From Eledone cirrhosa (Eukaryota): a stretch of DNA of 64,000 bases. The notes under the pieces are model-generated. The model had not been told where the DNA came from and made no database searches. It was given only the letters and a program-made list of their open reading frames with translations. Of this stretch, positions 12,001 to 27,586 are shown in pieces. The DNA is taken from contig OZ024740.1 of the NCBI GenBank assembly GCA_964016885.1, positions 335,854,001-335,918,000 on the forward strand. Reading direction: 5' to 3'. The position numbers were made by a program, and so were the translations under genes. Every line of letters starts with the position of its first letter. Positions within the stretch are counted from its first letter, which is position 1.

Positions 12001-14856
12001 AATTTGTGATCCGTATAGCCAACCGTGCGCATTTCTGGACAGCTTAATATGTCCCTATCCTTACTTCTAACTAAGAATCTATCTAAGTACGATCTAGATT
12101 GACCACTGTGGTTTTTCCAAGTCCAGGTAGGCACAGTTGGAAATCTAGTCGATATCTATCGACCAAGTTAAAACGGTCGAGTAATCCCTTGAGGCTGTTG
12201 CACCCCCCTCTATTAGGACATGCTCCTGCATAGTCCCAACGTGCATCTAGGATGTCATTCCAATCCCCCGCTAGAAGCAGGGAACGCGACGTTCCCAGAA
12301 AAGTCTCCAAACGCTGGAAGAAGTCGGGCCGTTCAGCTCCGAAAGGGGAGTAGACGGCGACCAGTTTCAAGGCCGCACCTTCACTACTGCCAACGTCTAG
12401 CACCAACAAACGACCCTCCGGGTCCGAGTGAACAACCTGTACGGCAAGACCCAGGTGTTTTTGCAGCAGTACGACAACCCCACCCACACCTCCAGGTTGA
12501 CAGAGAGATGTATGCACCTCAAACTCATCGAAGGTAGGGGCCAGCTGCCGCACGACGCTGATCCGAGTCTCACAGATAACCATTACATTTATACCACATG
12601 ACTTTATACCACATTGCTTGCTTCCAAGTTGAGCCCAGGCCACGTGCATTCAAACATCCTACTCTTAACACATCCATGTGGGCGGCAGAGCCAAAGGAGA
12701 GTGTAGAGACCTACCTTTGTGCTTCCCGGGGTTCGGGTCGCACGACTTCCATGGGGTCGGGGGTGTTGGGTGAAGGGGTGTCTTGTGGTGGTGTGGGGTC
12801 GTCAGTGTGTGGTGGGGTTGGGGTGTTTGGAGTTGTGTTGGGGAGGGGAAGGGGAGGGGGAAAGCTTTTTAGTAGGACGCGGTTTATGGGTTTGACAGAG
12901 GGTGGTCATACGTCCTCCTTAAAATCCTTTTTTAGTTTTTGATAGAGGTTCATTGGGATCTTTATTAATTTTAAATGTGGGTAGTTTTCTGAAGAAACAA
13001 AGTTTACACCTTCGGTTTGTACCGAAGGATTATTGTTTATGAGTTCATTTAATTTATTATTGTTTCTGTTGATGTAAGTATAGTGTAATGTCTTTTTTTC
13101 GGATGGTGTGAGTGTTTCGAAGAGGGGAGGGGCAGGTTTGGTTTTGTTTGTTGCTGGAGGGGTGTTTCGTGTTTTGTTGGATTGTGTTGACATTTGGGTG
13201 GGGGTTGTTTGGCCTTGTGTGTTTTGCACATGTTTTCATTTTTTCCTTTTAATTTGTCTGAGGGACTCCGTTTCTTCCTCCGAATTCGTTGGGTTATCTT
13301 CAGTGTTGGAGGGAAGAGGTATGTTTGCTGGTAATGTTTCCGTGTTGGTTTTCTTTGTGGGGGAGATGGATGTCACTATGTTAGACTGTGTTGTGTGTTG
13401 TGGCTGCTGTGGTTGTGTTGTTTTATTGAGTGAGGGGTTGGGTGGGCCTTTATTTTGTTTTTGGGTAATGTGTTGTGACTCTTTGTGTTGTGGTGGTGGT
13501 GTAGTTTTACTGAGGGACGGGTTGGGTGGGACTGAGTTTTGTTGTTTGTTTATCTGTTGTGGTGGTGGTGGAGCTGGTGTTGGTAGCAGGGTTTTCTTTT
13601 TGTTGAGTTGGGGACAAGCCGCCTTCAGGTGCCCTCTGCCTGCACAGATATGACAGGACGGCCTTCTCCCCTCCACGCTAACGTTTATATACCCGTGGCC
13701 CTCTAATAGGATTCTATCGGGTATTTGGGCGATGCGTTCAGGCTTCATTTGTACTACAAGTTCTATACCTATTCCACTGAACGCATTGCCTGTGGTTTTC
13801 CCAATGGAAATCACGTTGTCATTCGCTGGATCGATGAAGCCAGCTATGAGCCAGCAGTAGTCCACATCTGGCATCATTGCATCCAGCCATATGCGTTGAG
13901 TTCTTTTACCCATATAAGATGGATAAAAGGTAAAAATTTTCGAACGAATCGGTGACAAAGCACATTTTTTGCCGCCGATTCGTTCTTCATAATAATCGCT
14001 AGGCTTCCATACAGTCTATCTTTTCTTATGAAAGTGGTTTCATTAAGTACTTCTGTAAGTACTGTTTTGGTTTCTGTTTGAGTTGGCTGTTCAGGTTTTT
14101 TTGAAGTGTTGTTGATGGTGCGGAAAACGACCGTTCGACTTTCAATGTCTTTGGTGAGTTCTTGAGGCATTTTTACCGATAAAATACCATTCTCTCCTTC
14201 AGTTATATATTGTTTGGCGTCTGCAATTCTTTGTGCCACATCTGAAATATTTTCAGGTATATATGTCAAAGATTTCTTTGTTCTTTGTGCAAATGAAATA
14301 TTATTGGTGTTGAATTTGTCGTCTGCTTTGCTTTCTGTTATGATGTTGTATTCAAATGTTATTTTTGTGTTTGTCGTGTCTCTGTTTGTGGTATTAATAT
14401 TGTCATGCAATTTTTCAAATTTTTTTTTTTTTTCGTTGTTGGAATCCATGTCCAGATTTGTGTTTTCGTCATTTTCTCCGCAGATTCGTCTGTTTTTATT
14501 TTATTTTTTCCTTCCTTCTCTATGACGTTAGTTGGGAAGGAAGGGGGGACTTAAGCGTGCGAGCTTACAACTCTTACTGCTGTCCCCCCACCACTATTTT
14601 CGTTCGCTTCGTTTAACATTTCTGTCAGACGATTGAAATTTTTTATGCCACAAAATTTTTAAAAACAGGTTTTTCACCCCTAGGAGGGGTAAAGATGAGC
14701 TGACCCACCGCCTGACAGTTCAGACGGGGGGTCAAGCTACACAATAGTATCAAAATTAAAATTGAACTTACAAAATTTCCGCAATAAATTTGAACAAAAC
14801 TTCTGCGCGAAGTGAATTACATCTACGCTGTAGAACAGACGACAGCTAGATCTATG

Positions 14857-14857
<1 letters not shown>
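9043..14857 (-). mobile_element. Full-length Tx1/L1-clade LINE (family A, copy 1) flanked by (TATC)n
   Basis: ORF1 pieces 13874-14449, 13236-13958 (CHICAGRGHLKAAC) and 12906-13229. ORF2 pieces: APE 12083-12677, linker 11163-12134, RT plus C-terminal Zn finger 9258-11090. 3' end AATAAAGAAA(TCTA)n. Confidence 0.93.
9258..12677 (-). pseudogene. ORF2 (APE endonuclease - RT - zinc finger), disrupted
   Basis: DQSKAFDRVDH, IRQGCPLS, AYADDV, CPRC..EETVAHALVQC; frameshift near 12141 and TAG at 11163-11165. Confidence 0.92.
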
Positions 14858-14928
<71 letters not shown>

Positions 14929-14929
14929 T

Positions 14930-14965
<36 letters not shown>
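14858..14965. repeat. (GATA)n microsatellite between two Tx1 elements
   Basis: Direct reading. Confidence 0.97.
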
Positions 14966-19692
<4,727 letters not shown>

Positions 19693-20991
19693 TCTTTCTT
19701 TCTTTATTTGCCACAAGGGCGTACAAAAATGGACATTACAAGACGTGACGGTGGGGGTTTTACATAGAATCTTTAACAATGATGAATAACAATAAACTAT
19801 ATAAAATAAAATAATTGAAATCCCCAATTGGGGGGAAGGTTACGGCGGGGTTGTTTTACACCTCGTGGATAGAACAACCCTCAACACCAGGAACACGTTT
19901 TGTAGGTGTTCCGGTCTTCCATCTGTTTATCTTCCTCAACCTACAAGTTTATGCCCATTCACTCGGTCCATTTTCGCCACATTCACTCACCTTTCACCGA
20001 ATTTACTGGGGTGTAACACCTCTCTCTCCACTCTCACCTTCCTTCTGAAGTGGTACCTAAAGAAGGGGATGAGTTGTTGTCCGGAGAGAAAGGTGTTTTC
20101 CCTCAGTCCTTTTAACCTCGTCCACCAAATTACCTCTTTCGCCATAGCCACCAGACCGAGGAAAACCACCTCTCCTTCATTCTTAAATGAAGGCGGTGGG
20201 GTGATCCTCACGATGGACTCGGCTGACAACTGGATGCGTCCCACACGTGACAGTAGCTGTTCGACATAATTCCACAGGTTGGTCACCCCTGGGCACTGAA
20301 CAATTGCGTGCAGAACGGTTTTGATGTCCTGCTCGCATCTTGGACAGGTCCTTTTGGCAGGATCTCTGCCAGAGCGTCAGTGTCTGTAGATTTTGTCTCG
20401 AACTGGTAGAGCTCCTCGGTAGCACTGTCAGGCCAGAGACCTGTGGAAGTTATCCATAGGCCCTGGACGGAAAGTCCTCCCAAACAGACTGGTCAGTTCG
20501 TCCTCCTAGATGCCTAGAGTTTCTTCGAGAACGTCGTCGCACTTATCCTCCACTAATCCCCTATAGAATGTCGAAGTGGAGTCTCTGCTGATTGCCGTTT
20601 CCACTTGGTAGAGTGCTGTGAGCGCCTGAAGGCACTCGAGGTGCCAGGCGCCCATTTTCGGTCTTCACTTGACCCAAGATTGCAGCTCTGTTAGTGAGAC
20701 AAGTTATGGAAGAGCTCGTATCACAAACGACAGCCACACCGGTTCGCCGGTCAGGAATACCTGGAGATGGCGTAGCCTCAGCGCATGCTTGCATATCATC
20801 AGCCACGGCATGTCCAGCCTTCCGTTAGAAGGGTGTTGGCAGCAGATGGATCCCCTCACCAATGGAGCCTGTTTCTTCCAGAGGAACTTGAAGAGTAGGC
20901 GTTCCATTTTGGTGAGGTGTTCGCGGGGACAAGGCACGACTATCAAGCGGTAGTAGATGACGGAGGCTATGTAAGTGTTCGCGACCTCCGC
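19693..20991 (-). mobile_element. 5'-truncated Tx1 LINE (family C)
   Basis: ORF pieces AEVANTYIASVIYYRL.., LRLRHLQVFLTGEP and MAKEVIWWTRLKGL are homologous to the family A ORF2 C-terminus. TAGATA remains at the 5' junction. Confidence 0.9.
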
Positions 20992-21016
20992 TAGATATTT
21001 GTGAGTGTGCGTGTGT

Positions 21017-21030
21017 GAGAGAGAGAGAGA

Positions 21031-21104
<74 letters not shown>
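21017..21104. repeat. (GA)n microsatellite
   Basis: Direct reading. Confidence 0.97.
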
Positions 21105-21107
<3 letters not shown>

Positions 21108-21834
21108 TGTGCGCGCGCATGCTTGTATTGTTGTAGACTGTTATTGATAGACAGAGAATAAGATAGAAACAGTTAGACAGAAATTTTTAAAAAATAGTGA
21201 CATTGTTAAACAAAAACAGGTGGTTTAATGAGTGAGTAAGGTAAATATACAAAGTTTGTATGCAACTCTTTGTTAATAATGTTGTTGTTGATGATGATGA
21301 TAATGATGGGCGAGTGACTATGATGTCGATGGCGTCAAGTAAAATGAAGTTAAGGGGAGAAAGTAGATGGTTTAATTTAGTTTTATTTCATCAGTTCTCT
21401 TATTGAATATTTTTACTGTACAATCGAACACAACTCTTTCTACCATACATACATGCAATATTTTATTTCTATTCTATGAAATGTATAGTCAGTGCCTTAT
21501 AGTGCTATTTTCAGTATGTGAAGAAAGGACATTACGTTGATTATATATTAGTCTGCATCGTTTTTTTTTTTAAAGCTGTTACTGTGGTAATTTTTCCTCT
21601 TTTCACCAACTACATTCTGGTTGTCTCTATTTCTCTATCTTTATATTTGAACACTCTCTCTATTTTTGTTAACTATATGTTGGAAATGATAGACCGATTT
21701 TCTCAATTATACCTAGACGAATTTGCTTAATCTACCTGCCCCTGTGAGTCAGCAAGTCCCTGAGTATGTTCAATCTGTGCTGCATGTTTGTATGTAATAC
21801 AACTTATCTCTGGGTATTATATAAAACTGATTTT

Positions 21835-22022
21835 AGGGCGGTGGATTGGCAGAATCGGTAGAGAGTCGGACACCATGCTTTGAAGCATAGAGTTACGTCC
21901 CTTTATGATCTGAGTTCAAATGCCGCCGAGGTTAACTTTGCCTTTCATCCTTACGGGGTCGATAAAATAAAGTACCAGTAATGTACTGGGTAATTGCTGG
22001 CCTTGTGCCTAAAATAGAAACA
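21835..22022 (+). mobile_element. Full-length tRNA-derived SINE with 18-bp TSD
   Basis: TSD ATTATATAAAACTGATTT at 21816-21833 and 22023-22040; A and B boxes present. Confidence 0.93.
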
Positions 22023-22085
22023 ATTATATAAAACTGATTTATTTTCCAGTACTTCAAAATTCCAGTTTTGCCATGTATATATATC

Positions 22086-22690
22086 TAGTCTTTAATGAGT
22101 CGAAATACCAACGATAAATCAGAAGAACACTGAAGAGGACATTTTAACCCTTGTCTATTTTTATTCATATATTCAAGTTCGCAACAACGCAGCACGCCAT
22201 TTTTCATTCACATAATTTTTCCCTTCGCTGTAGTTCGTATATTTTCTGTTACCTTATTGCTATCACCCCTTCTCTTTCCTTCACCTCTTGCCTTCCTCAA
22301 CTCCTGCTGCTGGTCACTCACTCTCGGCTGGTCCTTCCTCCTACTTTCACTCACTCCCTCTCTGCCCCCCACCCCTCACTTCCTCCCGTCTGATCTGCTT
22401 GAATTTCTTTCCTCTCTCAATCTTCTCGCAGCTCGGACTTGTCTATTTCTCCTCGTCAATTTGATATGTCGGGCTTATGCCCACGTGATTCATTGACTTG
22501 TCTCTATTTTCCTCTCTTTTCGTTGTATACCACCATGTGTTTGTTTTCTTACCCCCGTTTTCCCACTGTCCCGATAGCTTAATTGAGTTATCGCTCGCAC
22601 TGATTTTAGGTATATAGTCTTTAATGCGTCGAAATACCAACGATAAATCAGAAGACTACTGAAGAGGACATTTTAACCCTTGTCTATAGT
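22086..22690 (+). mobile_element. Retrozyme-like non-coding element: 529-nt unit plus ~73-bp terminal direct repeat, in (TA)n
   Basis: 22086-22158 is repeated at 22615-22687; the repeat carries hammerhead core boxes; no credible ORF. Confidence 0.7.
22609..22672 (+). ncRNA. Candidate non-circularly permuted (rearranged) hammerhead ribozyme
   Basis: GGTATA|TAGTCTT t AATGcgTC GAAA TACC ..13 nt.. AAGACTA CTGAAGA GGaCATT; helix I 7 bp, helix III 5 bp, G10.1-C11.1 pair present. Confidence 0.7.
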
Positions 22691-22714
22691 TATTTATATA
22701 TATATATATATATA

Positions 22715-24447
22715 AGAGATGGCAACCTGTTACTTTTTCTAAAAACAAATTTTCCGATTCCAAGTTCAACCTGCCCCAGTGGGAGAACAGCGACTCCGTA
22801 ATTAAGTGGTTACCTCCTTAAAATCCAAAAAAGCGAAGTTCACACAGTTTCACATTGTCGATTTTTACCCGTCGATCTCAGAGACCCTGTTAAACAAAGC
22901 GTTGGACTTCGCTACCACTTATACCACCGTCGATGGTTTAGACAGGGAAATCATCGCTCACTGCCGGAAAACCCTCCTCTTCAAAGACGGAGTAGCCTGT
23001 GCAAAGAAGTCTGCCTCTTCAGACCTGTTTGACGTCTCCACGGGATCGTTCGACAGTGCTGACGTATGTGACTTGGTTGGCCTTTTTATCTTAGACATAT
23101 TACGTGTTAGATTCCCGGACTTCCACACGGGAATATACCGTGACGACGGACTGACTTTATCGAGCCATAAAGTGGTCACGACCTCGACCGGTTTAAAAAA
23201 GACTTAGCTTCTACTTTCAATGAGTTAGCCTTAGGATAACAGTAGCCACCAACCTCTCTAGCGTAGATTTCTTAGACATTAATTTAGACCTTCGCACACA
23301 CAACCACAGACCCTTCCACAAGCTAAACGAGAAACTTAATTACATCCAAAAGGACTCATGCCACCCTCCCACTGTTTTTAGAAACTTCGTTAAGAATATC
23401 AGAATCTCAAACCTCTCCTCTAATAAGGATATCTTTGACAGGGCGGCACCCTACTATAACACGGCGTTGACTAACAGCGGCTTCTCACAACCCATCACTT
23501 ACTCTCCCACTAGCAAAAACACCATTAATAAAAGTAAGCGCAACAATAGACAAACTATCTGGTTCTCTCTTCCCTTCTCACTCAACGTTAAAACTAATGT
23601 AGGAAAAGAATTTCTAGCCCTCTTAGATCGACACTTCCCCATAGGTCATAAATACCGCCCCATCTTTAACCGAGACAAAGTTAAACTAGGATACTCCTGC
23701 GCTAAGAACATGAAGGCCCACATCACCAGCAACCATAGGAGCAACACTCCACCACCAGAGTGCTCTTGCCGTAAACCTGAAGCTTTCCCCCTTCAACAGC
23801 AATGCAACACACCAGCTGTAATCTATGAAGCTCTGGTCACTTCCAACCGACGAAACGAACCACAGGAGGTCAAATCCTATGTGGGCATGGCGGAGGGCCG
23901 ATTCAAGGAACGCTTCCTGAACCACCAGTCTACCTTCTGATACCCGGACAGACGTTCATCCACGAAACTCGCGAGCCACGTATGGTCCCCCAAGGACTCA
24001 AGTACAGACTACTCCATCCAATGGAAAGCCATCACTAGGTCCAAACCATACGCAAGAGGAAATCCGACGTGTGGCTTATGTATTGACGAACGAATAACTA
24101 TTCTAAAAAGAGATTACGCAATAGTGATTGCCTAAACACGAGAAGTGAATTTTTCACACGTTGTCCACACGTTGCTAAAGACCTATTATATAACTACAAG
24201 GCTCCAGACTGATTCTTTGTAATTTTATCTTACTTTCAACCTAAAAACTTTTCGGACTTTCGCAGTTATCTCCCTTATACCTCTCGCACGCAGTCTAGTA
24301 TTGCCTGTGTGAAGTGAGCGGGTTTCTGCGCATCCGCGTTCGTACGGTTGTCCTTTCTGTTCCTATAACCATGCTCATCCCGAGCTGAAGATCCGCTAAG
24401 GTGAAACAATTGTTCTCGGTATGGTGAACTAACTGTTGTGTAACCAC

Positions 24448-24450
<3 letters not shown>
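22715..24450 (+). mobile_element. Penelope-like element, 5'-truncated, RT plus C-terminal GIY-YIG, decayed; flanked by (TA)n
   Basis: RT motifs DFYPSI, FDVSTGSFDSADVCDLVG, GIYRDDGL, VDFLDI. Linker CSC-x5-(F)-x5-C. GIY-YIG VIY..SYVG..FKERFLNH, then CGLCIDE. The linker pattern resembles the Hydra-type PLE group (inference). Confidence 0.88.
24380..24419 (+). ncRNA. Minimal type I hammerhead in the Penelope 3' pLTR
   Basis: CCGAG CTGAAGA tCCgctaaGGt GAAAC AATT GTT|CTCGG; palindromic helix III. Confidence 0.8.

Positions 24451-24544
<94 letters not shown>
24451..24544. repeat. (TA)n microsatellite
   Basis: Direct reading. Confidence 0.97.
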
Positions 24545-24545
<1 letters not shown>

Positions 24546-24769
24546 CATATAGTGAAAACGAACATAGAAGGCAATATACAAATAGTACAAATAGTATTAT
24601 CAGCTTAAAGCTTCTATGGAATGGAAACAGAAGTTTATATATAAATTTCTTTTTCTATTCCACACAAGTTTTAACTAATAATAATATCTGTGAATTGCTT
24701 TCTATGTTCGTTTTCAGGGTATCTCAATGATAAAACATACACACGTTCATACATAAATACAAACATATA

Positions 24770-24933
24770 TACATACATACATACATACATACATACATAC
24801 ATACATACATACATACATACATACATACAAACATACATACAAACATACAGACATGCATGCATGCATACATACATACATACATACATACATACATACATAC
24901 ATACATACATACATACATACATACATACATACA

Positions 24934-24961
<28 letters not shown>
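24770..24961. repeat. (TACA)n microsatellite
   Basis: Direct reading. Confidence 0.97.
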
Positions 24962-24966
<5 letters not shown>

Positions 24967-25651
24967 TTAGCTAAGACTTGAAAGACAGAAAGAACGTGAT
25001 TTATTCTTTCTTCATGATCTCCACATACTCTGCAGTTCCTCTTTGTACTTAGGCTATAAATATAATTTGGTATAGTTACTGCTGGAAAGCCTTTCGTTTT
25101 GAACTGTCATCAAAAATCCTTTCCCTACAACTTTGAATCATGCACCTTTCAGTATGTGTTGATTTTTTTTTTTTTTCATATCCACGACTGCTTTGTTCAG
25201 CTATTTTCAAACATCAGATGTGTAAGGAGCTTCCTTTGCTCACGACTTGGGCATAACATTTAGTAAACACATTTTCTATTTAACTGTAAGTTCTTGTTGT
25301 TGGTTCCCTATCCTCCACACAGCATTCAGCTGTCACTAAATGTTTATGATAATTTTCTTGTTACAGAAGACCTGTACGGCCAAATACCCTAGGTAAATAT
25401 CTTTCTATATCTCATGATTAGTGCTGCATCAAAACTTTAAATATACTTCCCCTTCTTTTCCTGTCTAGCCTTGCTTAATTCCCTTGATAATTCTTTGGTA
25501 ATTCATTTCAATTTGAGAACATTTCAAAAGCAGCTACAGAATAGATATCTATTATCTTATAATTTTCTTTGGCATATAATTCTATTTTAAGTATTAATCT
25601 AATGCCTCATTATATATACACACACACATGTATATATACATATATATGTAA

Positions 25652-25781
<130 letters not shown>

Positions 25782-25859
25782 TGTGTGTGTGTATGTGTGT
25801 GTGTGTGTGTATGTGTGTGTGTATATGAATGTGTGAGTGTGTGTGTGTGTATATATATA

Positions 25860-26215
25860 CAATGATATTAAATAAATGGAAACTATATTTATAAAACCAT
25901 ATTTATTCTATTATATATATTTCTATTATATATATTTCTTAACGGTTCAAGATTTTCAGAAAAACTTGAACCGTTAAGGTATCTTTTCTTGGTTATGTCA
26001 AAATTTATAAAACAAACTTTGTATTTTATCTGATGAAAGCGTACCAAAGTTTCGGTACCCTTGAAATATATATAATAGAATAAATGTGGTTTTATAAATA
26101 GAATTTCTATTTATTTAATATCATTGATATTATACTCCAGAAAACCAGTCAAGTGTTCTGAATTAGTTATAAACATATTTGTTGAATTACCAACAAATTG
26201 AATATCCCTTTTGCT
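25860..26215 (+). mobile_element. Second copy of the 8072-8467 hammerhead element
   Basis: Same inverted-arm start CAATGATATTAAATAAATGGAAAC and same tail; internal 14-bp perfect inverted repeat 25938-25978. Confidence 0.78.
26022..26082 (+). ncRNA. Type I hammerhead ribozyme
   Basis: TATTTTAT CTGATGA AAGcGTACC..GGTACcCTT GAAA TATATA TA|ATAGAATA. Confidence 0.82.
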
Positions 26216-26292
26216 TATATATATATATATATATATATGAAAAATATGGGGAGAAGAATACTGCATGGTTGCACATGGATAACATGTTATAA

Positions 26293-26358
26293 AATGAGTC
26301 CCTCATCAGTGATTTTCCAACGATCATTGGTATTTCATCGCATTAAAAATCATATACC
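26293..26358 (-). ncRNA. Second, divergent rearranged hammerhead candidate
   Basis: Minus strand GGTATA|TGATTTT t AATGcgat GAAA TACC ..12 nt.. AAAATCA CTGATGA gggactCATT; lies in a ~290-bp element (26239-26526) between (TA)n runs. Confidence 0.62.
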
Positions 26359-26541
26359 TCACGTTGGTGCGAAAATAACTAAAATAAGTTATTAGGACAA
26401 TTGAAACGCGTAAAGCGAGTGAGACAAGTAAACAACACAGGGGAAAGCTAACCGAAGATGGAAAGAAACACAAGCAACATGGTTATTCTATCAGCATAAG
26501 CTGTGTGAATATATGTGCGAGTTAGAATATATATATATATA

Positions 26542-26705
26542 TAACAAAGGAATTGTGGTAAGGAACCAGATGGACCATAACGCACCAGATTACTCAATAC
26601 TTAGGGTAGTAGAGTGGGAAATAGGAAAAAGTATGACCCCGACGGCAGAGCTCAAGCCGTTACTGAACGGCTTGAGCTCGGCCGTCGGGGTCATACTGTT
26701 CCTAT
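26542..26705. repeat. (TA)n-flanked repeat end with ~40-bp fold-back hairpin; related to 57840-58035
   Basis: TAGGAA..GTATGACCCCGACGGC.GAGCTCAAGCCGTT actg AACGGCTTGAGCTC.GCCGTCGGGGTCATAC..TTCCTA. Confidence 0.75.
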
Positions 26706-26713
26706 ATATATAT

Positions 26714-27001
26714 AGGGGAAGGGAAACGGGGGGAGAACGTGGGTCGGGGAGTAGAGAGCTGCGGACAAGGAGGGTGCGGAGATTGCGCGCGCATTTGAAG
26801 GAGGGGCGGGGTGGGGATGTGACGATAGGGGAGGACGGGAGGGGTCGGAATGGGGGCGTCGGAAGAGGCGGATGATGGTGCGGTGGAGGGGTAGGGTGGA
26901 ATGATGTGGAAGGGGAGACGGTGGGTGGTTGTGCGGTGGCGTGGGGTGAGGGCGGTGGAACGGTGGACAGCACGAGCGCGAGTGAGGGCGGTGCGGACGA
27001 G

Positions 27002-27035
<34 letters not shown>

Positions 27036-27397
27036 AACATCTCCGGATGAAATGGCTGACTAGGGAAAGGGCCTGCGACTCAAAGTCAGCATCTTGGCTG
27101 CAGAGGCGGCGGATTCGGAGGAGTTGAGAGTAGGGAATAGACTTTTGGTGTGTGTAGGGTGGGAGGAGGTGAAGTCGAGGGAGGAGTAGGAGTTGGTGGG
27201 TTTGAAGAAGGCGAAGATGACGAGGGAGCGGTGGGAGGGGTCGATGGCGACGGAGTTGTCTAAGAAGTGGACGTGGGTGGTGGAAATAGAGGTAGTGAAG
27301 TGCAAGGAGGGGTGGAAGGAGCAGAAGAAGGAGAGAAAGGAGTCAGGCTGTTTTCGGGTGAGTGTCGTGGCTCCGATACAGTCGTCGATGTAACGAC

Positions 27398-27398
<1 letters not shown>
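26714..27398 (-). mobile_element. Penelope-like RT/thumb fragment, GC-rich, bounded by (TA)n
   Basis: RYIDDC, FHPSLHFT, VHFLD, KPTNSYSSLDFTSSHP and RNLRTLLVRS motifs. Confidence 0.8.
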
Positions 27399-27448
<50 letters not shown>

Positions 27449-27539
27449 AATATATATATACATACATATATATATATATATACATATATATAGAGAGAGA
27501 AAGATTACATGAAACAAAGTTCTGTTTAAATCATTTATC

Positions 27540-27586
27540 TGCTTACAATTGTTTCTTCCAAACCGAGGTTTGGAGTCTTCGGAGCA
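27540..27586 (-). ncRNA. Type I hammerhead, CCGAAGA (U4C) core variant
   Basis: Inverted copy of 28929-28975. Confidence 0.72.

Noticed and set aside
23938-23940. In-frame TGA in the Penelope GIY-YIG region as possible selenocysteine
   Set aside because: Not at a Cys position, the element has other lesions, and CGA>TGA decay is simpler
24671-24974. ORFs such as MYVCMYVC.., IYIYIY.., THTHTH.., IYLSIYLS.. throughout the window
   Set aside because: Translations of microsatellites, not genes
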